A stretch of 64,000 nucleotides of DNA from an uncultured bacterium (lineage in GTDB: Bacteria > Acidobacteriota > Thermoanaerobaculia > Multivoradales > JAHZIX01), in the NCBI GenBank assembly GCA_965368975.1, contig CBDUPA010000005.1, positions 128,001-192,000 of the forward strand, read 5' to 3'. The notes beneath the pieces were generated by a model. It did no database searches. It saw only the letters and a program-made list of their open reading frames with translations, and had not been told where the DNA came from. The translations under genes and the position numbers were made by a program. The stretch's first letter is position 1; the number at the start of each line of letters is the position of its first letter. Shown here piece by piece: positions 57,474-64,000 of this stretch.

Positions 57474-57734
57474 GTGACTCGAACGACTGAAACGCTCAAC
57501 GGCAGGTTGACCAGTCTGGTCGAAGAAATTGTCAGCCGGGGGCTGACTCTCGATCAGGCGCGGCGCGAGTTCGAACGGCAGTTCATCGTCACCTCCCTGC
57601 GCCAACACGAAGGCAGCATCGGTCGCTGTGCCGATTCGTTGGGCATGCACCGGAACACGCTGCGCAACAAGCTCTCCAACCTCGGGATCCACCAGCGCGA
57701 TTACAGTGCAAGGCGTCAATCTCGTCGTCGCTAG
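57474..57734 (+). CDS. Fis-family helix-turn-helix protein
   Basis: GGAGG RBS; EFERQFI..SL....G....ADSLGMHRNTLRNKL. Confidence 0.88.
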   Translation: MTRTTETLNGRLTSLVEEIVSRGLTLDQARREFERQFIVTSLRQHEGSIGRCADSLGMHRNTLRNKLSNLGIHQRDYSARRQSRRR

Positions 57735-57850
57735 CGCCAACTTGACACCTGCAGCCTCTCCCGCCAGTCTCTATCCGCTCCGACCGACTGTGCCGAAAGC
57801 CCGGTATCGCAAGGCTTCTCACCCCATCTGCCCCCTCTCGCCCGTGAAAC

Positions 57851-57866
57851 TGGCACGCATCTGGCA
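57851..57866 (+). promoter_or_regulatory. Candidate sigma54 -24/-12 promoter
   Basis: TGGCACGCATCTGGCA matches TGGCACG-N4-TTGCW with one mismatch; upstream of the SLT gene. Confidence 0.55.
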
Positions 57867-58024
57867 ATGAATGTCTTTGCTGGCAGGGCTGTATCCAGAT
57901 CAGCCTGAACCCCTCGACGAGCTACGCCAGCCCCACATTCAGACCTGCGGCGCGCCACGTCCTTCCCATCCACCCCACTTCTCTCCGGCGCACCGCTTGC
58001 CCAATACCGCGGAGCAAACCAACC

Positions 58025-58735
58025 ATGAAAACGAGAACCAAGCACTGGCTGCTGTGTATCGCGCTCAGTACGACGTGCATGCTCTTCTTGCCCCTCCTGT
58101 CGTCCGAGACGACAGAGAACGTGGAACTGGTCGCGAGTCCGCTCGCTTCCGATGAGATGGAAACCCTAGAGCAACTCTCCAGCTGGGTGACCGACGAAGG
58201 CCACACCCAGGGTCTTCGCCAGGCGATCCGGGAACGCTCGGAGGCTTTCGAGCTCTTCCGCAGCCACCTGGGGCCCGAGGCCAACCGTCAGCGTCTCGGG
58301 GACCTGCCGTACGGGCAGGAGATCTTCGAGACCGCCGAGCGCTACGGCCTCGACAGCATGCTACTGGCGGCCCTGGTCGAGACCGAGTCGAATTTCCGGG
58401 CGACGGTAGTGTCGCCCAAGGGAGCCGTCGGCCTGACGCAGGTGCTGCCTTCGACCGCTTCCCTGATGGGAGTGCGCGAGCAGCTGACCAACCCGCATCG
58501 CAACCTCGATGCGGGTGCACGCTACCTCAGCCACTTGCTGGAGCGCTTCGACGGCGACCTGGAGTTGACTCTGGCCGCCTACAATGCCGGTCCCGGCAGC
58601 GTTGACCGCTATGACGGCATTCCGCCGTACCAGGAGACGCAGCGCTACGTCGAGAAGGTGCTCGACATCTACGTCAGCCACTACCAAGAAGCGTGGCAGA
58701 CATCCGCCGTCAGTGAGCTGCTGACCATCGAGTAG
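58025..58735 (+). CDS. Lytic transglycosylase (SLT domain)
   Basis: ETESNF, SPKGAVGLTQV, AAYNAG, PPYQETQRYV. Confidence 0.93.
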   Translation: MKTRTKHWLLCIALSTTCMLFLPLLSSETTENVELVASPLASDEMETLEQLSSWVTDEGHTQGLRQAIRERSEAFELFRSHLGPEANRQRLGDLPYGQEIFETAERYGLDSMLLAALVETESNFRATVVSPKGAVGLTQVLPSTASLMGVREQLTNPHRNLDAGARYLSHLLERFDGDLELTLAAYNAGPGSVDRYDGIPPYQETQRYVEKVLDIYVSHYQEAWQTSAVSELLTIE

Positions 58736-58800
58736 GCCGCAGTCGTCGAATGAGCCAGCCAGCCGAGTCAGAAGCTCGGCGCTGCGGGTGATCTAGAACG

Positions 58801-58824
58801 GAAAGGGGGCGATCGCCCCCTTTC
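58801..58824. terminator. Bidirectional intrinsic-terminator-like hairpin
   Basis: Perfect palindrome GAAAGGGGGCGATCGCCCCCTTTC between the convergent SLT and tatA genes. Confidence 0.75.
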
Positions 58825-58830
58825 GTGCGT

Positions 58831-59052
58831 TCAACTGGCGTTCTTGCCGTCTTCCAGCCGCTCGGAGTCGTCGTCCTCGAGGTTCCGCATGCTGCGGCGG
58901 AAGTTGCGGATCCCCTCGCCCAGTCCCTTGCCGATTTGAGGCAGACGGGTCGAGCCAAAGAGCACGAGGACGATCAGGAAGATGACGATCAGCTCGGGGA
59001 CGCCGAGTGTCGGGAAGAAGGCTGCGAGGATAGAGGTTGCCGGTGAGGGCAT
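58831..59052 (-). CDS. tatA: Twin-arginine translocase TatA/E
   Basis: LGVPELIVIFLIVLVLFGSTRLPQIGKGLGEGIRNFR. AGGAG RBS. Confidence 0.95.
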   Translation of the reverse strand: MPSPATSILAAFFPTLGVPELIVIFLIVLVLFGSTRLPQIGKGLGEGIRNFRRSMRNLEDDDSERLEDGKNAS

Positions 59053-59168
59053 GATGGATCTCCTGTGGCGCCGCGCGGCAGGACTGCCACGGCTGGGCGT
59101 AGTAGATGATCAGTCTACCGCATCACCAGCCCGAGGTGTCCCAGGTGCCTCACGAGCTTGCCAGCTGG

Positions 59169-60236
59169 TCAAGTTCGGCGTTCGATGGCCGAACTCCAGG
59201 CGCGCTCCAGCGCCGTGCTCAGGTCCCCAGCCTCTGGCAATACGCTCAGCTGGTCGAGCGCGCGGCGCAGCGTTGCCGGGATGCGTTGTAGGTGGTGGCC
59301 TGAAGCGGCATAGGAGCCGACAGCCTTGAGTGTGCGTTGCACGGCTGCCAGTCGGTAGGAACGTTCGAGGCCACTGCCCTCCTCGACTCCCGCGCGGCGC
59401 AACAGTTTGGCCTCGACTGCTGGCGGTGGTAGCAAGGTGTCATTGAGGAGCGAGGCCAGGTCGTACACCGGGGGGCCCGGACGTAGGTCTTGATAGTCGA
59501 TCACCGCCAGATCGCCAGGCCGAAGTTGGTGGTCGACGGCGGAAGTCACTGGCGCTAGCGGTACCAGGTTGCGCACCATGAAGTCACGGTGGCAGGTGGC
59601 CGGGGGCATTGAGTGCAGTTCACCGATGATGCCGTCGAGGAAGGCCTCGAAGTCGCGTGCCAGGCCGCTGTCTGGTAATAGGCCGCGAGCGTCGAAGAAG
59701 GTGAGGCGCGTCTGCTGTAGCTCGCGGCTCAGTAGGTCTGCGTTCAGCGGTTCGCAGCCCAGCTCTGCAGCCTGGGACAGTGGCAGAGAGGCGATGCGAC
59801 GGGCGGCTTCGAGGGCGAGGACGAACCAGGGCCGGCGCCGCGTCCAGATCTCCGTCGCGGGGCCATGGTCGGAAATCTCGGCAGCCGAGAGCGCCTCGTG
59901 CAGCACCGACGGCCCGAGGTCTTCGAGCAGCATGAAGCGGGACTCGACGTCCGTCTCCAAGATCCGCGGCACCCGCACGCCAGCACCGTTCAGCAGGTCG
60001 GTCCCGCGTTTGAACCGGCTGTAGGCGTCGGACAGCGTCTCGGGGTAGACGGCCAGCAGGGCGGTCTCGTTGCCACCGCCCCGGTGCAACCGGAAGTAGC
60101 GCCGCGCCGAGATGTCGCCCGTCAGCGGCTGCACCGTCGCCTCCTGCCAGCCGCATGTGGCCATCCAGTCATCGAGATCGGGATGGGTACCATTCCCGGT
60201 TGGACTCTGTCGCGTGGGAGCTGCGGCCTGCGTCAT
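59169..60236 (-). CDS. APH-family phosphotransferase (AmgK-like anomeric MurNAc kinase)
   Basis: GDISARRYFR, LEDLG, HRDFMVRNL, IDYQD, YDLASLL, QRTLKAVG. Confidence 0.82.
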   Translation of the reverse strand: MTQAAAPTRQSPTGNGTHPDLDDWMATCGWQEATVQPLTGDISARRYFRLHRGGGNETALLAVYPETLSDAYSRFKRGTDLLNGAGVRVPRILETDVESRFMLLEDLGPSVLHEALSAAEISDHGPATEIWTRRRPWFVLALEAARRIASLPLSQAAELGCEPLNADLLSRELQQTRLTFFDARGLLPDSGLARDFEAFLDGIIGELHSMPPATCHRDFMVRNLVPLAPVTSAVDHQLRPGDLAVIDYQDLRPGPPVYDLASLLNDTLLPPPAVEAKLLRRAGVEEGSGLERSYRLAAVQRTLKAVGSYAASGHHLQRIPATLRRALDQLSVLPEAGDLSTALERAWSSAIERRT

Positions 60237-60343
60237 GGCGCGGCAGACTACCACGCGCCGTGTACCACTCGTGGCTTCCCAGGCGGCAGAAGCGCGGCAG
60301 AAGCGCAGCAGAAACAAGGCACCCGCGCAGTACAATTGGTTCT

Positions 60344-61777
60344 ATGGACGGAATCACCCACCCACCCGACGCTCTCGCTCTGCTCGCCAACACCGGTCTC
60401 GAAGAATTGCACAGAGAGGACCCTGAACTACGGCGCCTGCTCAGTCGAGAATTGCAGCGGCAGCAGGAGACGCTCATGCTGGTCGCCGCGTCCAGCTCGG
60501 CGTCGCCGTCAGTGCTGGCGTGCGAGGGCATGTCGGTCGTCAACGTGACCACGGAGGGCTATCCCGGAGCCCGATACCACGCCGGCTGCGGTGAGGTCGA
60601 CAGCATCGAAGAGCTGGCCGTGGCGCGGGCTCGGGCGGCGTTCGGTGCTCGCTACGCCAACGTGCAGCCGCATTCCGGCAGCAGCGCCAACCAGGCCGTG
60701 CTGTTCGCGCTGCTGCGCCCCGGCGATACCTTGCTCGGTATGGATCTGGACGCCGGCGGCCACTTGACACACGGCTCGTCGGCGTCGATCAGTGGCAAGT
60801 ACTTCCAGGCCATCGGTTATGGCGTCGATAGCGACGGGCTCTTGGACTACGACGAGATCGTCGAGCTGGCCCATCAACATCAGCCGAAGCTGATCGTCTG
60901 TGGTGCCAGCGCCTACCCGCGGCAGATCGACTTTGCGCGCTTCCGTACCATTGCTGACGACGTTGGGGCCTGGCTGCTCGCCGACGTGTCGCATATTTCT
61001 GGCCTGATTGCCGCCGGCGTGCACCCGAGTCCGATCGACCATGCTCACATCACCACCACCAGCACGTACAAGCAGCTGTGTGGTCCGCGCGGCGGCCTGA
61101 TCTTGCTCGGTCGCGACTTCGACGCCAAGGTGCCCGCCGAGGCTCCGGCGACCGGCGGCCGTGCCTTGCCGCTGCACAAGGTGATGCAGCGAGCAGTGTT
61201 CCCGTACTTCCAGGGGACGCCCAATCTCGCCGCGATCAGTGCCAAGGCGCGTGCCCTGGCGCAGGTAGCGACGCCCGAGTTCCGTGCCTTCGCTGAGCGC
61301 GTTCTCGATGGCGCTCGCGCCCTGGCCGAGCAGCTGCAGGCCGCGGGGCACGTGGCGGTCAGCGGTGGTACCGACAACCACATGGTGCTGCTGGACCTGC
61401 GTCGAGGTCCGCGTGCCGGTGCTGGCCCACAGCTCACCGGTGCGGTGGTCGAGAAGGCGCTCGAAAGCTGCGGCATCATCGTCAACCGCAACCGCATCCC
61501 AGGCGATCCGACGCCGGCACGCGTCACTAGCGGTGTTCGCCTTGGTACCAACACGCCAGCCTTTCGCGGCATGGGGGCGCCGGAGATGGTGCGATGCGCC
61601 GAGTTGGTGGACGAAGTGATGCGCCGGGTCGAGGTCGTGGAGGGCCGCCGCAGCGCCCAGGGTGGCTTCCAGCTCGACACCGCTGTCGCTGAAAGAGTGC
61701 GCCGCGGCGTGCGCGAGTTGTGCGCCGCATTCCCTCTGCCCGGCTATCCCGCCTGTTCTGCCGCCAGCGTTTCCTGA
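60344..61777 (+). CDS. glyA: Serine hydroxymethyltransferase-like PLP enzyme (divergent)
   Basis: EGYPG, NVQPHSGS, GGHLTHG, GASAYPR, GGTDNH, SGVRLGT; PLP-Lys motif altered to TSTYKQLCGPRGG. Confidence 0.8.
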   Translation: MDGITHPPDALALLANTGLEELHREDPELRRLLSRELQRQQETLMLVAASSSASPSVLACEGMSVVNVTTEGYPGARYHAGCGEVDSIEELAVARARAAFGARYANVQPHSGSSANQAVLFALLRPGDTLLGMDLDAGGHLTHGSSASISGKYFQAIGYGVDSDGLLDYDEIVELAHQHQPKLIVCGASAYPRQIDFARFRTIADDVGAWLLADVSHISGLIAAGVHPSPIDHAHITTTSTYKQLCGPRGGLILLGRDFDAKVPAEAPATGGRALPLHKVMQRAVFPYFQGTPNLAAISAKARALAQVATPEFRAFAERVLDGARALAEQLQAAGHVAVSGGTDNHMVLLDLRRGPRAGAGPQLTGAVVEKALESCGIIVNRNRIPGDPTPARVTSGVRLGTNTPAFRGMGAPEMVRCAELVDEVMRRVEVVEGRRSAQGGFQLDTAVAERVRRGVRELCAAFPLPGYPACSAASVS

Positions 61778-63624
61778 CGCAGCCGCTCTGCCGCCGGGGA
61801 TAGGGGGGCGTAGGTGAGAATGCGGTTGATGCGATCCAGGGCTTTGACGTTGTCGCCCATGCCCTGGTAGATCGTCACCTCGGTGAGCAGGTTGTCTGCC
61901 AGCTTGTTGAGTCGTTCGTTGACTGGCTCGGCGTACTCGCCGCCGGGGAAGCGTTCAAGGTACTCGGCGCCGTTCTCGACCTGCTCGTACTTACCGGCGA
62001 TTTCGCTCAGGCGTTGGCGGGCGAGCAGCTGCAGCTCGGGGTCCTGATCGAGCTGGGCCAGCTGCTGCAGCGCCGCCAGTTGCTTCAGGTAGGGGGCCAG
62101 GTTCTGCAGGCCGGTGCGGGCACGCTGGCCAGCGTCGCTGGTGGGGTCGGCGCGCCACGCCTGCAGATAGCGTTCGACGGCGTCTGTCGGGCGCTGCAAG
62201 CGGCTGTAGGCGTTGCCCAAGGCCAGGGCCACCTCGGGGATCTCGGGAGCCTGCGGGAAGTTGCTGGCGAAGACTTCGAGGAAGCGTGTCTCGAAAAAGC
62301 CACCGGCAAAGATCTCTTGCGCTTGCGGGTAGAGTTCCTCGACGTCCTCGAGCATCAGCGCGACTTCGGCTTCCACCCGGTCGAGAAAGGGACTGTCTGG
62401 CGTCAACTCGCGCACCTCGGCGACTTCCTCGCGGTACGCCTCGAGCACCTTGCCGTAGTCGCGCTCCATTGGTTGCCCTCCGAGAGCGTCGTCGCGCAGC
62501 CGGTGCAGGAACTCGACGCGCAGCTCTTCGGCCTCGGTACCCTGCGGCCAGGTGGCAAGCGCGGTGCGCTTGAGCAGATCCTGGTACTTGGGATCCGCCT
62601 GCGGTACGAAGTCGAGCAAGGCTGCCTGGTGCGCCTGGCGAGTGACAGCAGCGCTGCTGAGATCCAGGATCTTGAGCAGCTCGGATCGCGTCTCGGCCGC
62701 GCGCATGCGGGTGTCCTCGAAGGGGTGGGTGCGCCAGTATCCGTACTCTTTGTTGGTCGGCAAGCGTGCGAGCATGGTTTGCCAGAGACGGCGGGCACCC
62801 TCGGGATCGTAGCCGGCGAAAGCCGCCAGCCGTTGTCCTTCGTCATCGCTCTCGTCCTCGAACTCGCGACTGTAGTCGAGTACCAAGAGCTGACTGACCA
62901 CCATGGCACCGATCATCGCGCCCTGTAGCACCTCGCCGCGGCCGCTCTCGCGGGTGTTGCCGTAGTAGGGATCGTAGCTGCGCGGGCCGACGTTCTGCGC
63001 GCCGACGGCCAGGCCAATGGCGAGGGCCTGCGTCAGGGCGTTGAGCAGGTTCGCGCGACGCTGGATGCGGAGGCCGTGTTCTTGGGTGACGTGAGCGATC
63101 TCGTGGCCCAGGAGACAGGCGAGCATGTCGTCGTCCAGACCCAGGTCGAGCATGCCGCGGGTGATGAAGATCTGGCCTCCGGGCAGTGCAAAGGCGTTCG
63201 GTACCGGCATGTCGAGAAGGTAGAAGGAGAACGGATACTTGCGAAATCGCGACTGCTGGACCAGCTGGTAGCCGATCTCGTTGATCCGTTGCAGTTGCTC
63301 AGGATCGTCGTACGGGCCGTAGTACTTGAGCGCCTGCAAGGCCGCCTCGAGGCTCTGTGCGAAGACCTTGGGGTCGCTGACCTTGGGGATGCGCCTATCC
63401 TCTTGTTTGGCGCCTTCCGAAGTCTGTGTCTCTGGAGCCTGTGCCCCCGAATCTTGAACCTCCGAAGACTGAACCTCCGAATCTTGAACCTCCGAAGACT
63501 GTATCTCCGAGGATGGGGTGTCCTGGGGGGAGGGCCCCGGGGATTGGGCGGCTAGAGGTAGCGAGTTCGGTAGGCTAAGCAGCAGCGGCAGGAGGAGGGC
63601 GGCGACGAGGCGCTGAGGTGTCAT
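61744..63624 (-). CDS. M48-family metalloprotease (BepA-like) with C-terminal TPRs
   Basis: Signal peptide, PNAFALPGG, LGHEIAH, YSREFEDESD, THP. Confidence 0.9.
   Translation of the reverse strand: MTPQRLVAALLLPLLLSLPNSLPLAAQSPGPSPQDTPSSEIQSSEVQDSEVQSSEVQDSGAQAPETQTSEGAKQEDRRIPKVSDPKVFAQSLEAALQALKYYGPYDDPEQLQRINEIGYQLVQQSRFRKYPFSFYLLDMPVPNAFALPGGQIFITRGMLDLGLDDDMLACLLGHEIAHVTQEHGLRIQRRANLLNALTQALAIGLAVGAQNVGPRSYDPYYGNTRESGRGEVLQGAMIGAMVVSQLLVLDYSREFEDESDDEGQRLAAFAGYDPEGARRLWQTMLARLPTNKEYGYWRTHPFEDTRMRAAETRSELLKILDLSSAAVTRQAHQAALLDFVPQADPKYQDLLKRTALATWPQGTEAEELRVEFLHRLRDDALGGQPMERDYGKVLEAYREEVAEVRELTPDSPFLDRVEAEVALMLEDVEELYPQAQEIFAGGFFETRFLEVFASNFPQAPEIPEVALALGNAYSRLQRPTDAVERYLQAWRADPTSDAGQRARTGLQNLAPYLKQLAALQQLAQLDQDPELQLLARQRLSEIAGKYEQVENGAEYLERFPGGEYAEPVNERLNKLADNLLTEVTIYQGMGDNVKALDRINRILTYAPLSPAAERLRQETLAAEQAG
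63447..63510. repeat. 15-bp tandem repeat, about 4 copies (SEVQ[S/D] linker)
   Basis: Alternating ccgaatcttgaacct / ccgaagactgaacct units. Confidence 0.88.
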
Positions 63625-63732
63625 AGTGTCGTCTCCATGGTCGGGTCTAGCAAGACAATGCGAACCCTGTGCCAGGTGCAACCCTCGGCGCGCCGGAAGG
63701 CTGCGACACGCCCAGTCGGCGAGTTCCCCCCC

Positions 63733-64000
63733 CTACCAGTCGCGGACCCTGCGGCGCGCTGGATACCGACGGCCTGGGCGCGGCGGCGGTCGGAATTTGC
63801 GTCGCCGCCGGTTGCGCGTCGTCGTCGGGCGTTTCGGGGCCCGGAACTTGGGCAGCAGGATGCCACCTGAGATCACCATGCGCAGGCCGTCCTCGACCGT
63901 GATCGTGGTGTCGATGGCATCGCGCCGCGGCACCAGGAGCAAGAAGCCGCTGGTCGGATTCGGCGTCGTCGGCACGAAGACCAGCAGCAGGTCGGACAAC
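63733..64000 (-). CDS. DUF502 family protein, 3' part only
   Basis: VFVPTTPNPTSGFL...VEDGLRMVISGG. Confidence 0.85.
   Translation of the reverse strand, partial: LSDLLLVFVPTTPNPTSGFLLLVPRRDAIDTTITVEDGLRMVISGGILLPKFRAPKRPTTTRNRRRRKFRPPPRPGRRYPARRRVRDW

Noticed and set aside
57770-57830. Possible c-di-GMP-I riboswitch (GAAA...CGCAAGGC)
   Set aside because: The P1/P2 pairing and GGCAAAC element could not be built by eye. An Infernal search would be decisive.

Overview
High-GC bacterial window. The gene content (BamD, CpoB, TMTC-like and CRTAC1 proteins, Thr-type sulfatase-TPR protein) suggests a diderm organism, probably Acidobacteriota; this is inference. 1-14 kb: aryl-polyene/ladderane-like type II PKS/FAS lipid cluster, open at the left edge (deacetylase, AMP-ligase, ACP, KS, CLF, GT2, MMPL, acyltransferase, hydrolase, flavin halogenase, dehydratase). 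14-18.5 kb: fused two-gene 2-oxoacid:ferredoxin oxidoreductase and a divergent multiheme cytochrome c. 18.5-27 kb: pgaABCD and a sulfatase-TPR gene. 27-29.6 kb and 40.2-43.5 kb: two lower-GC inserts, each pairing a tiny secreted 4-Cys peptide gene with a tightly coupled secreted beta-propeller-like gene. This pairing is the best candidate here for an undescribed system. The remainder holds two TMTC-like glycosyltransferases, CRTAC1/TPR, DsbD/thioredoxin, an ACE-like M2 peptidase, rseP-PASTA-rpe-bamD-cpoB-LysM-Fis-SLT, tatA, an AmgK-like kinase, a divergent SHMT and an M48 protease. Short 12-21 bp tandem duplications and apparent leaderless genes recur throughout. No rRNA, tRNA, CRISPR array, transposase or integrase was seen. 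All calls come from motif recognition by eye; no database searches were run.
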